Shown piece by piece: positions 14,179-25,613 of a stretch of DNA of 58,584 nucleotides. Source of the DNA: Octopus sinensis (taxonomy: Eukaryota). Below the pieces are notes generated by a model. It ran no database searches and had not been told where the DNA came from. It saw nothing but the letters and a program-made list of their open reading frames with translations. The position numbers and the translations under genes are program-made. The stretch covers positions 1-58,584 of the forward strand of contig NW_021832585.1 in assembly GCF_006345805.1 (NCBI RefSeq), read 5' to 3'. Each line of letters starts with the position of its first letter. The first letter of the stretch is position 1.

Positions 14179-14564
14179 GTGGAGGCGCAATGGCCCAGTG
14201 GTTAGGGCAGCGGACTCGCGGTCATAGGATCGCGGTTTCGATTCCCCGACCGGGCGTTGTGAGTGTTTATTGAGCGAAAACACCTAAAGCTCCACGACGC
14301 TCCGGCAGGGGATGGTGGTGATCCCTGCTGTACTCTTTCACCACAACTTTCTCTCACTCTTACTTCCTGTTTCTCTTGTACCTGTATTTCAAAGGGCCGC
14401 CCTTGTCACTCTCTGTGTCACGCTGAATATCCCCGAGAACTACGTTAAGGGTACACGTGTCTGTGGAGTGCTCAGCCACTTACACGTTAATTTCACGAGC
14501 AGGCTGTTCCGTTGATTCGGATCAACCGGAACCCTCGTCGTCGTAACCGACGGAGTGCTTCCAC
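14179..14564 (+). mobile_element. SINE family A, full length
   Basis: 11-bp TSD atatgaataat at 14168-14178 and 14565-14575. Other A copies lie at ~4462, ~12110-12412(-), ~16653, ~19972, ~21365-21657(-), ~29607-29987, ~47240-47604(-) and ~58443-58584(-). Confidence 0.9.
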
Positions 14565-14599
14565 ATATGAATAATAATAATAAAAACGAGCACACACCT

Positions 14600-14950
14600 C
14601 AGTAACAGGGATGTGCCAGATAATTGACTTTACAATCCCAAATGATGAGAAAGCAATAGGAGAGGTATAAAGAAAATAGTAAAGTACCAGGACCTAGCTA
14701 TGGAAAGTTCGGGTAAAATGCATCCCTGTTGTTATAGATGCATTAGGAACTCTTCCCCAAAGATTTGGAGAGATACATAGAGTAAATGGGCATAAAACCT
14801 AATTAGGTGCAGTTCCAGAAAACAGTGTTATTAGGGGCAGGTAGGGATACTTAGGGAAGTTCCTGGTAGCCAAGGTTACTTGTTGTAGCCTGATGTTAGG
14901 AATTTTTCGTTTGCAGCAGTTTAATCTGTTGTGTGTATATGAAATAACAA
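14600..14950 (+). mobile_element. Second R4/Dong-like 3' end, decayed
   Basis: Contains IIDFTIPND...KIVKYQDLA...VKCIPVVIDALGTLP...FQKTVLLG and has the same 3' UTR as 13861-14178. Confidence 0.75.
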
Positions 14951-15136
14951 TAACGAGGTCGGATGTTGAGATGGAGGAAAGATAATTTATAAGAAAGCAG
15001 GATGTATAATATAAGCAGAGCAGCTGTGGAATTTTGTAAATTATGTATGTATGTATGTATGTATGTATGTATGTATGTATGTATGTATGTATTAATGTAT
15101 GTATGTATGTATGTAGTATGTATGTATGTATGTATG

Positions 15137-15167
<31 letters not shown>

Positions 15168-15395
15168 TGTATTATGTATGTATGTATGTATGTATGTATG
15201 TATGTAGATGTATGTAGTATGTATGTATGTATGTATGTATGTATGTATGTATGTATGTTACGAATGTATGTATGTATGTATGTATGTACGAATGTATGTA
15301 TGTATGTTAGTATGTATGTATGTATGTATATGGCATGTATGTATGTATGTATGTATGTATATATATATATTATATATATATATATATAATTTATA

Positions 15396-15426
<31 letters not shown>

Positions 15427-15789
15427 CATATATGAAAGGTAGAAAGAAGGAAAGAGAAAATGAGGAAGAGATTAAACATGTAGATACTGAACGCGTATAT
15501 ATTACATTGTGATGAAACTCAGGCACACACACAGACGCACATTAACACACACACACACACACACACACCCACACACACACACACTCACTGACGCACACAC
15601 ACTGACATACACGCATTAAAATGTAATGGTGACGTAAAAGCTTCGCCTTTAGTTGGCTGCGTCGTTAGAATATCGAGCAAATTGCTTCACTATGTCTATT
15701 CCGACTCCCTGCGCGTTGAGTTCAAATGCTCAACGCGCAGGTCAGCTTTGTCCTTTTACCCTTTCAGGTCGCCGAGGCCGACTTTGCTA

Positions 15790-16626
15790 CCTTTTTCTTT
15801 ACTACCCACAAGGGGCCAAACACAGAGGGAACAAACAAGGACAGACAAACAGATTAAGTCGATTACATCGAACCTCATTACTCAACTGGTACTTAATTTA
15901 TCGACCCCGGAATGATGAAATCTCTAAATCCACTCTACAGAAACTTATTTGTTAGACGCAGATGAAAATCTACAACCAAGATCAGCAATACCTATTTCTT
16001 TATTGCCCACAAGGGGCTAAACACAGAGGGGACGAACAAGGACAGACAAACGGATTAAGTCGATTACATCGAACCTCACTACTCAACTGCCACTTAATCT
16101 ATCGACCCCGGAAGGATGAAATCTCTAAATCCACTCTACAGAAACTTATTTGTTAGACGCAGAGGAAAATCTACAACCAAGATCAGCAATACCTATTTTT
16201 TTACTACCCACAAGGGGCTAAACACAGAGGGGACGAACAAGGACAGACAAACGGATTAAGTCGATTACATCGAACCTCAGTACTCAACTGGTACTTAATT
16301 TATCGACCCCGGAAGGATGAAATCTCTAAATCCACTCTACAGAAACTTATTTGTTAGACGCAGATGAAAATCTACAACCAAGATCAGCAATACCCTTTCT
16401 TTACTACCCACAAGGGGCTAAACATAGAGGGGATGAACAAGGACAGACAAACGGATTAAGTCGATTACATCGACCCCAGTGCGTAACTGGTACTTAATTT
16501 ATCGACCCCGAAATGATGAAAGGTAAAGTCGACCTCGGCGGAATCTGAACTCAGAACATAACGGCAAACGAAATACCGCTAAGCATTTCGCCCGGCGTGC
16601 TAACGCTTCTGCCAGCTCGCCGCCTT
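15790..16626 (-). repeat. SINE-C-derived tandem array, three ~201-bp units with a foreign ~70-bp segment plus a terminal normal SINE-C
   Basis: cccacaagggg occurs at 15805, 16006, 16207 and 16407. The insert is atctctaaatccactctac...gatcagc. Confidence 0.88.
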
Positions 16627-16847
16627 TCCACTGTTTAATATTATATATGCAGTGGAGGCGCAATGGCACAGTAGTTTATTGAGCGAAAACACCTGAAGCT
16701 CCACGAGGATCTGGCAGGGGGGTAAGGGTGGCGAACTCTGCTGTACTCTTTCACAACATCTTTCTCTCACTCCTTCTTCCTGTTTCTCTTGTACCTGTAT
16801 TTCAAAGGGCCAGCCTTGTCGCACTCTGTGTCACCCCTCTGTACACA

Positions 16848-16885
<38 letters not shown>

Positions 16886-17005
16886 TACTCACACACACAC
16901 AAACACAAATACACTGACACAAATACACACGCATATACATATTTATCCCCATGCAAATACATGTTTATCTGTATTAATGAGATCCCTATTAAATTTCTTT
17001 TGCAG

Positions 17006-17078
17006 ACGAACCAAAGTTCCCGTGGATGGTATCAAATGTCACGGCCAGACACACCATTACATCACTTGTAATAACCAG
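17006..17078 (+). CDS. ADAMTS/ADAMTS-like gene, internal exon A (C-terminal half of a thrombospondin type-1 repeat)
   Basis: Acceptor tttcttttgcag| and donor |gttagt; 73 nt, phase 2 to 0. Translates RTKVPVDGIKCHGQTHHYITCNNQ, matching the TSP1 C-x-G-x4-Y-x2-C-N-x-Q ending. Joins exon B in frame. Confidence 0.85.
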
Positions 17079-17431
17079 GTTAGTGAATCACATTCTGTAG
17101 CAGACACACAGACACATTTTTAGGGTAGGCTGTTGTCGATGTGTCGCGTTTTATTGACCTAACCCCACTTACTAAAACGAAGGGAAATACATTTTATCCA
17201 ACAACCCAATCAGTTTAGCCAATAAAGAGCCGTTCTTCATAGCGACACATTTTGCTATAAATTTGAATTCAAAATCTCCTGAACTAACTGTCCCTACCTC
17301 CATGGCAGAACCACTCAGGCATGTACGAAGCAAGGGCTAAGCAGAAAGGGTTTCGTAATATACTGGTTTAAAAGTAGAGATATCAAGAAAGAGGGAATAG
17401 CCAATAGCAAAAGAGGAAGCCATAGCAATTA

Positions 17432-17842
17432 TTACTCTTTACTTGTTTCAGTCATTTGACTGCGGCCATGCTGGAGCACCGCCTTTAGTCGAGCAAATCG
17501 ACCCCGGGACTTATTCTTTGTAAGCCCAGTACTTATTCTATCGGTCTGTTTGCCGAACCGCTAAGTAACGGGGACGTAAACACACCAGCATCGGTTGTCA
17601 AGCAATGCTAGGGGGACAAACACAAACGCACAAACATATACACACACACACATATATATTTATACATATACATATATACAACAGGCTTCTTTCAGTTTCC
17701 GTCTACCAAATCCACTCACAAGACAATGGTCGGCCCGGGGCTATAGCAGAAGACACTTGCCCAAGATGCCACGCAGTGGGATTGAACTCGGAACCATGTG
17801 GTTGGTTAGCAAGCTACTTACCACACAGCCACTCCTGCGCCT
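17432..17842 (-). mobile_element. SINE family B (tRNA head, CORE-like ccttgggcaagtg, internal microsatellite, gagtaaaa tail)
   Basis: Near-identical copies lie at ~11160-11555, 25867-26323(-), 26981-27397, 30489-30890(-), 31170-31576(-), 33645-34059(-) and 45289-45675, plus many fragments. Confidence 0.88.
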
Positions 17843-18249
17843 ATACTTAACTATTTGGTACAATCCCCACCCCCAAATAACCATCGACTCATCGGAAACG
17901 GTTATACATGAAGACAGACACGAGAGTACACCAAGAAATCGCTCATATCCTTAGAAAGATACCTTCTAAGGGTTTTAAGTTAAGGTCTGAGAAATAACTA
18001 AAATAAATAAATAAATAAAAGAAAGAAACGAACATTTTCTATCTCTACAAATAAATATTGGTTTCAAATTTTGGCACAAGAACAGTAATTTTGAGGGAGG
18101 AGATAGGACGATCACGGGTACTTTTATCGCTACCGAAAGGGAAAGAGGACCTCGGTGGAATTTGAACATCGAACGTAATGACGGATATATGCTACTAACC
18201 AACTAACCATTTTCCTTGCTTTGCTACCGATTCTGCTCTTAACCACTAT

Positions 18250-18340
18250 GCCCACGGGCATATGGTGTAGTGGTTAAGAGCGCGGGCTACTAATCCCAAG
18301 ATTCCGAGTTCGATTCCAGGCTGTGACCTGAATAATAATG

Positions 18341-18384
<44 letters not shown>

Positions 18385-18566
18385 GAAATAATAATAATAA
18401 TAATAATAACAACATCGAAAAAATACCTTAGGAATGGAGAACCCAGGTTCGAAATTTCCCCCAAACACCTGATGAAGGCTGGAGGGTATATCAGCCGAAA
18501 CGTTGTGTTAACAACAAACAAGACGAGGACAAATATTCGTCAAATGTAAATAATGTAAATAATGTA
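18250..18566 (+). mobile_element. tRNA-derived SINE-like element carrying a hammerhead ribozyme
   Basis: In order: A box TGGTGTAGTGG, B box GTTCGATTCC, internal (AAT)n, HHR at 18464-18509, tail (AATGTAAAT)n. The 3' half recurs at ~21219-21330. Confidence 0.72.
18464..18509 (+). ncRNA. Minimal type-I hammerhead ribozyme
   Basis: AACAC-CTGATGA-A-GGCTGG-agggtata-TCAGCC-GAAA-CG-TT|GTGTT. It has a 5-bp stem I, 6-bp stem II, palindromic ACGT stem III and a GUU triplet. Confidence 0.82.
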
Positions 18567-19279
18567 TATTTATATTGATAGCAATAATTTACTTTAATTT
18601 TGAGGGGAGGGGACCAAGTCGATTACATCGACCTAGTAATTAGCGGGTACTTTATTTTATCGGCACTGAAAGGAAACAAAACGGTAAATCCGAACTCTGC
18701 GGAATTTGAATCCAAAAAAGTAAATTGCCGGATTAAGTAATGTCACACTATTTTTCCGACGCTGTAACAATTCTCTCAGCTCACATTCCTCGTTCGATTA
18801 ACTGGCACTTCGTCGGTTCCAGTGACGAGAATTCCATTTGATCCGATCAACGGAACACCCTTCTCGTGGATTTAACGTGCAAGTGGCTGAGTACTCCGCA
18901 GTCACACATAGCCTTAACGTAGTTCTCAGGGAGATTCAGCGTGACACAGAGTGTGGCAAGGCTGGCCCTTTTGAATTACAGGTAGTACGCTTTTTCGCCA
19001 GCTGATTGGAATGGTCCAACGTGTAGTAAAGTCTCTCGCTCAAGGACTTTACAACGTACGCTTGGAATCGAACTCACGCCCCTCACCCTCATTCGAATAA
19101 ATAAAACTACATTTTAACTTTAAATGCAGATTTCTTCGAGAAAGGTCTGTAAGGGTTTCGAGTGGCGTTGATTCCTTATTCATGTACAAGACCGATTCCG
19201 CCAATCATACCCCGGTTTAAACAAATATTGAACTTGGACAAACTCCAAGAAAACAACTTGGTAATATTTCGATTTCTTA

Positions 19280-19508
19280 AGGCGGCGAGCTGGCAGAAGC
19301 GTTATCACGCCGGGCGAAATGCGTAGCCGTATTTCGTCTGCCGTTACGTTCTGGGTTCAAATTCCGCCGAGGTCGACTTTGTCTTTCATCCTTTCGGGGT
19401 CGATAAATTAAGTACCAGTTACGCACTGGGGTCGATATAATCGACTAAATCCGTTTGTCTGTCCTTCTTTGTCCTCTCTGTGTTTAGCTTCTTGTGGGTA
19501 GTAAAAAA
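19280..19508 (+). mobile_element. SINE family C (tRNA-like head, central gcctttcatcctttcggggtcgataaa core, possibly a Meta-type domain)
   Basis: Starts aggcggcgagctggcag with B box GTTCAAATTCC. More than 15 copies or fragments occur in the window. This one ends about 35 bp upstream of exon B. Confidence 0.85.
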
Positions 19509-19542
19509 ATTAATATTTTGATTTTTTTCCCCTTCACAACAG

Positions 19543-19645
19543 GCATGCCCGAGCGGATCACGTGACTTTCGAGAACTTCAGTGTGCCTTTTTCAATGGTC
19601 AAAGATACGCAGGTCTGAAACGGAAATGGAAGCCAGTCCGATCAG
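19543..19645 (+). CDS. ADAMTS/ADAMTS-like gene, exon B (end of TSP1, start of Cys-rich domain)
   Basis: Acceptor ccttcacaacag| and donor |gtacaa; 103 nt, phase 0 to 1. Translates ACPSGSRDFRELQCAFFNGQRYAGLKRKWKPVRS, the ADAMTS hallmark CP-x4-DFR-x2-QC-x2-FN...W-x-P. Confidence 0.92.
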
Positions 19646-19745
19646 GTACAAATCATAAGCAGTAACGGTGTGAGTATATACACCGAGGTGTGGTGTAAGT
19701 GTGATAATGAAGTGTGTGTGCGTGTGTGTGTGTGTGCGTGTGTGT

Positions 19746-19776
<31 letters not shown>

Positions 19777-20746
19777 CATGCGCATGAGTGAATGTATGCG
19801 GGGATGTGTGTGTGTATATATATATATCTATATGTATGTGTGTGTGTGTATATATATATATATAATCTAGGGTTATCAGTGAGTCCAGTAGGCAGTCGGT
19901 GTAATTCCGAGGCCGGGTCCATGAGGCAGAGGTGTTTGTCAGTAGTAATAGCAACGGTGGCAGCAGCAACAGTGGAGGCGCAATGGCCCAGTGGTTAGGG
20001 CAGCGGACTCGCGGTCGTAAGAACGCGGTTTCGATTCCCAGACCGGACATTGTGAGTGTTTATTGAGCAAAAGCACTTAAGTTCCACGAAGCTCCGGCGG
20101 GGAGCGGGGGTGAACCCCGCCGTACTCTTTCACCACAACTTTCTCTCACTCTTTCTTCCTTCTTCTGCCACAAAGCAGAAGAACCATGGTGTAACCCATT
20201 ATGGTGTGGTAAACTTTCAGACCCTAGTCTAGATTGCGAATCCTCTGTACCCCAGGATGGTTCAGCTCTCCACCCGTTAAAAAGCCACCGTTTATGGAAT
20301 GAGGATAACAACGTAGCTTTCGCACCCGTGCAACCGCCAGTCTATCATGTGTGGAGCCACACGCATTCTTAGGCTCGAATTAGAGATTATTCTTTGTGGC
20401 TAATGGCTTGAGTCCTGACTCGAAGAAGAAGAAGAAGAAGAAGAAGTAGAAGAAGAAGAAGAAGCAACAACAGCAGCAGTAGCACCAGCATTAACAACGT
20501 GGTTACACTCACAGGTGCTATACTAATTCTGCTTGTGAAATACGTTAAGGGTACATATATCTGTGGAATACTCGGCCACATTAATTCAATAAACAGATGT
20601 ATGTGTGTATGTGCATATGTGCGTGGTTATGTATGTGTGTGCATGTGTGTGTGTATGTGTGTGTGTTTGCGTGTATGGGGATTGTTAATTTCAACTGAAC
20701 ATCATTCCTTTGCTAACCTCATTTCACTTTCTCTGCCATATTCCAG

Positions 20747-20904
20747 TGAGTCGAAGTCCTCTTTGGAACGTTTCCTCCGTCAACCCTTGCGTTCTTGCCT
20801 GTGCTCCAGAGAAGATGAGTTGGTTGGTGGTCATGTTCACCCGCGTCGTAGTTGATGGAACCAGTTGCGCACCCAGTAGCGTCTGTGTGGCCGGCAAATG
20901 TGTT
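20747..20904 (+). CDS. ADAMTS/ADAMTS-like gene, exon C (Cys-rich domain)
   Basis: Acceptor ccatattccag| and donor |gtaagt; 158 nt, phase 1 to 0. Translates (V)SRSPLWNVSSVNPCVLACAPEKMSWLVVMFTRVVVDGTSCAPSSVCVAGKCV, with the NPC-x-L-x-C...V-x-DGT-x-C...CV-x-G-x-C motif. Confidence 0.93.
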
Positions 20905-21230
20905 GTAAGTAGAACTGTTGGCTAGAAATTATATCCATAATATTGGTTTCAAATTTTGGCACAAGGCCAGTAATTTTGGGGGAGGGAGCTAGTCAGTTAC
21001 ATTGGCCCAGTGGTCTACTGGTATTTATTGTATCGACCCGAAGAGGTTAAAGGTAAAGTCGACCTTCGCGGGATTTGAACTCATGTCGTTAGAACAGGAA
21101 ATGCCGCTAATCATTTTCTCTGTTTTACTAACAATTCTGCCAGCTCTCCGCCTTAACAAGGGTCTCAAATTTTGGCACAAGGTCAGCAACTAAGCTAAGC
21201 GAGCAGGCCAACAGAAGAAATTTCCCCAAG

Positions 21231-21274
21231 ACACCTGATGAAGGCTGGAGGGTATACCAGCCGAAACAGTGTGC
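21231..21274 (+). ncRNA. Degenerate copy of the 18464 hammerhead
   Basis: ACAC-CTGATGA-A-GGCTGG...CCAGCC-GAAA-CAGT-GTGC. Stem II shows a G.U to G-C change; stem III and the cleavage site are mutated. Confidence 0.6.
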
Positions 21275-21654
21275 TAACAACAAACAAGATGAGGACAAAT
21301 ATCCGTCAAATGTAAATAATGTAAATAAAGTACATGATTCCTCATCTCTTAAATATAGAACTGAGTGACCGACCAGTCCATCAGATGTAGTTACACATCG
21401 CTGGTCACAATGCGTTCGCATGGTTTTAGCCTTCGAATGACGCCACCCCACTGGCTAAGCGAGCAGGCCAACAGAAGAAGGAGTGGGAGAAAGAGTGGTG
21501 AAAGAGTACAGCAGGGATCACCACCCCCTGCCGGAGCCTCGTGGAGCTTTTAGGTGTTTTCGCTCAATAAACACTCACAACGCCCGGTCTGGGAATCGAA
21601 ACCGCGATCCTACGACCGCGAGTCCGCTGCCCTAAGCATTAGGCCATTGCGCCT

Positions 21655-21699
<45 letters not shown>

Positions 21700-22426
21700 G
21701 ATATGTGTGTGTGTGTATGTGTGTGTGTGTTGTGTGTGTGTGTGTATATACGTATATATGTATGTGTGTGCAACATATAAGCAATGTAAAAGCATATGGC
21801 TTAGGGGTTAAGGCATTTGTCTCACGGTTGTAATGACGTCAGTTCGTTTCGCGGCAAGACGTTTTATTTCACGTTGCTCGCATCCACTCAGCTGGCAAAA
21901 ATAAGTAACACCCGTATTTTAAAAACGGGACAGCCTTGTCACATCCTGTGTCTCACTGAATCATTAAGAGTACGCATGTCAGTTTGAGTGCTCGACCGCA
22001 TGCACGCGAATTTCACGAGCAGGCTGTTCCGTTAAGTGGATCAACTGGAACACTCGTCGTTGCAACCGACGCAGTGCTCGTATACACCATTGAATATACA
22101 CGTTAACTTGTCTGGTATTTTGATGTATTTCAACGAAAGACTCTGATTTATGACGACATAAATTTTCCATTGAAATTATTAATGATTTAGGACTAAATTT
22201 AGTATGGAAGCCAGTGATTGTTATAATTGGATTTCTTGTGTGTTAGATAATTCATTTGGTTATTCAATAAGGGTTTTAAATATGAGAAACTGAAAAACTA
22301 TAACTTAGAAGGTATGTCTACTTTGATTATAGACTTATAAAGTATGTATATTCAGTATATTAACAGACTTACGAAGCTTATAATATTTTATTATATTATT
22401 ATGGATTTTACTGACTATGTATTTAG

Positions 22427-22466
<40 letters not shown>

Positions 22467-22493
22467 ATATATATATTATATATATATATCTAT

Positions 22494-22532
<39 letters not shown>

Positions 22533-22664
22533 ATATTACAGAGATGTACTTGCATAGCGAGTGACCTGATCTGAGATCGTGTGCTGGAACGAAAACAATT
22601 GCAGCGTGGAAGGTGTTTATAAGCCATTTAAGAAACACACAAAAACCGTGCTGCATCACGGAAT

Positions 22665-22715
22665 TTTGTCAGTGAACAGGTCGCGGTCTCAAAGCGACGA
22701 AAATATTTTGGCAAA
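22665..22715 (+). ncRNA. Hammerhead variant with G3/C8 core (GUGAACA)
   Basis: TTTGTCA-GTGAACA-G-GTCGC-ggtctcaaa-GCGAC-GAAA-ATAT-TT|TGGCAAA. It has a 7-bp stem I (one G.U), a 5-bp stem II and palindromic AATATT. Confidence 0.68.
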
Positions 22716-24044
22716 TTAAATTTAGATGTTGAAGTGAATCTTACGGCTTCTTAAATGGCTTATAAACACCTTCCACGCTGAAGTTGTTTATATATATATA
22801 TACATATATGTGTGTGTGTGTGTGTGAGAAACAAAATTTTTGCTTATATATATATCATATGATATATTTATTTTATATTTGTAATATTGCTTAATATTCT
22901 AAGAATATTTCGCGTATTAAATAACTATCTTTAAAATAGTTATTCAATAAATGAAAGTTTAATATTTAAAAAATGTTATTCAAAATCTTAGAGTTGAATG
23001 TTAGATGTACTTCAATACTTTTTATAAAATTTGTCCCCCCCAGCATCGCTTGACAACCAATGCTGGTGTGTTTACGTCCCCGTAACTTAGCGGTTCGGCA
23101 AAAAGAGACCGATAGAATAAGTACTAGGCTTACAAAGAATAAGTCCTGGGGGCGATTTGCTCGACTACAAGCGGTGCTCCAGCATGGCCATAGTCACATG
23201 ACTGAAACAAGTAAAAGAGTAAAAGAGTAAAGAGTATAAAATTTTATAAAATTCAAGGCGGCAAACTGGCAGAATCTCTTGCACGCCGCGCAAAATGCTT
23301 AGCGGCATTTCTTCCGTCTTTTATGTTCTGAGCTCACATTACGCCGAGGTCGACTTCGCCTTTCATCCTTTCAGTATCGATAAAATAAGTACCAGTTGAG
23401 CACTGGGGTCGATGTAATCGACTTACCTCCCGAAATTTCTGGCCTTGTGCTAAAGTTTGAAAACAATATTAGTGATACATTTTTTTCACTTGTTTGGTTC
23501 GTGTATTCTTATGCCTTTAGGCACTTTAAACTATTCTAGAAATTACTTTTACTCTTGCAGCAGAAAGATATATATGAAGCGATGTTTTGAATAGAATTCT
23601 AATGGAACAATATAAACGTATCTGTAATACAAATACTCCAGCCATTGTAACTTTGATTATAAAGTCTGGAATGTAATGACTTCCAAATACTTTTCATGGT
23701 TTCTGATATTCTTATTTTTATTTCTTAAAAACCAAAGGCATTATTATAAACCCGTATAAAAACTTTTACAAAATTTCTGAACGTCTGTAGATGATGGTAT
23801 AATCTTACTTTAAAAGGATTCATAGTCTGGCTCTATAATTCTCTGAAATTGTATCATTAGCTGCGAATATTTTCACACAACATATTGCAGGCGTGGCTGT
23901 GTGGTAAGAAGCTTGCTTCCCAGCTACATGGTTCCGGGTTCAGTCCCATTATGTGGCACCTCGAGCAAGAGTCTTCTACTATAGCCTCGGGCCGACTAAA
24001 TCCTTGTGAGCGGATTTGGTACGGGGAAACTGAAAGAAGTCCCT

Positions 24045-24089
<45 letters not shown>

Positions 24090-24840
24090 TATGCATATAT
24101 ATAAACATATATGTACGTACCTACCTCTACATGTACATATACACGCATATATGAGTACAGGACACCAAAAGGACGTCGAACACAATGAGAAACGAAAACA
24201 TAGACACAAACCAAAGGAACTGGACATTTATTTAAAAACAGCAAAAATAAAAAGGGAAAAAAAGAGTACAGGACAATTAACACAAAGAAAAAAAACCCTT
24301 CTTCAGTCGCTAAAGGTTTCATCTACTCTACGTTTCGAAGGATAAAAGCGAGACGTATCTTCGACAAGAAAACTTTCCTTCCTGCGAAAAGCAAATCAAT
24401 TAAAATTCTGAGATCTTTTCATATATATATATATATATTGTTTTATTCTTTTACTTGTTTCAGTTATTTGACTGTAGCCGTGCAGAAGCACCGCCTTTAG
24501 TCGAACAAATCGATCCAAGACTTACTCCTTGTAAGTTACAGGGACGTAAACACGTCAACATCGGTCGCAACCGATGGTGGAGGAACGCACGCACGCACGC
24601 ACATATACGAAGGCTTCCTCCAGTTTCCGTCCACCAAATTCACTCACAATATATTAAATGTATAACTTTGAGGGTTAAAACCTTTGCACGAATGTGAAAA
24701 TTGGATGTAGATAGCTGTTTGAAAATGTTAGTATTGCTATTTATAATTTCTGGGGCAAAATACAAGCACATCTGAAACTTAAATTGATATTAATACTATT
24801 AAATATACTCTTGCACTGTTTTCAACTTATGAGAATGACG

Positions 24841-24882
<42 letters not shown>

Positions 24883-24920
24883 GTTGTTGTTGTTGTTGTT
24901 GTTGTTGTCTGTTGTTGTTG

Positions 24921-24988
<68 letters not shown>

Positions 24989-25542
24989 GAGTGAGAGAGC
25001 AGTTCATGCCATCAAAGTGACACTGGGGTAAAATATACGAAGCCCAGTATACCTACCATGACTACCCGTCTGATATAGGTACACCAGGCACATGCATCAC
25101 AACCATATGTGCGCGACATGGTGATCTCATATCAAGATAAACAGCACATGACCTTGCAGGTGGGGCCCAGTTAGAATTTTCTTCAGGTTGAGTAGCCCAT
25201 CCCGCTCAAATGGTCCCTGAATAAGGGTTGTTTAAGGATGTTGGAAGAACCACCCATGTTTCCAGAGGTGAATTATTCAAACCCCAAAGACTCCCTCTCA
25301 ATACATGGCTATGATGCTCCCCCACTACTTCTGCTCGTGATCAGAGATGCACATATCGTCAGCCACTAAGGGACATGCTCAACTGGTTAAGGTCAAACAA
25401 CTGACAAGCAAATCTGTGGTATTGAGCAGAATATTTGCTGTAGCCCATCTTTTATACCAAGACAAAACAATGTACATGATAACACTTCCAATCAGTTAAG
25501 ATCAGAAGCCATGAGAGCCACTGCCTGGAGCTGCATCAGGGC

Positions 25543-25546
<4 letters not shown>
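24989..25546 (-). mobile_element. Non-coding ~560-bp retro-element embedded in (TTA)n (family D)
   Basis: Flanked on both sides by (TTA)n. A partial second copy at ~10720-10946 has the same (TTA)n-gagtgagagagcag junction. Confidence 0.7.

Positions 25547-25613
<67 letters not shown>

Noticed and set aside
18256-18330. Functional tRNA gene
   Set aside because: A and B boxes are present but there is no convincing acceptor stem or terminator. It is better explained as a SINE head, as are the heads of SINE families A-C.
20165-20465. Possible LINE 3' end with a (GAA)n tail fused to a SINE-A head
   Set aside because: No diagnostic protein motif could be recovered and it is single-copy in the window, so it is left unclassified.
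24290-24370. Minus-strand GAAACGTA...CTGAAGAAGGG as a type-II hammerhead
   Set aside because: The core words are present but stems I and II cannot be formed. At best these are remnants of a Penelope-type terminal repeat.
25475-25510. Faint resemblance to U2 snRNA (atcagttaagatcaga)
   Set aside because: Only a short gapped match; the branch-site recognition sequence and Sm site are absent.
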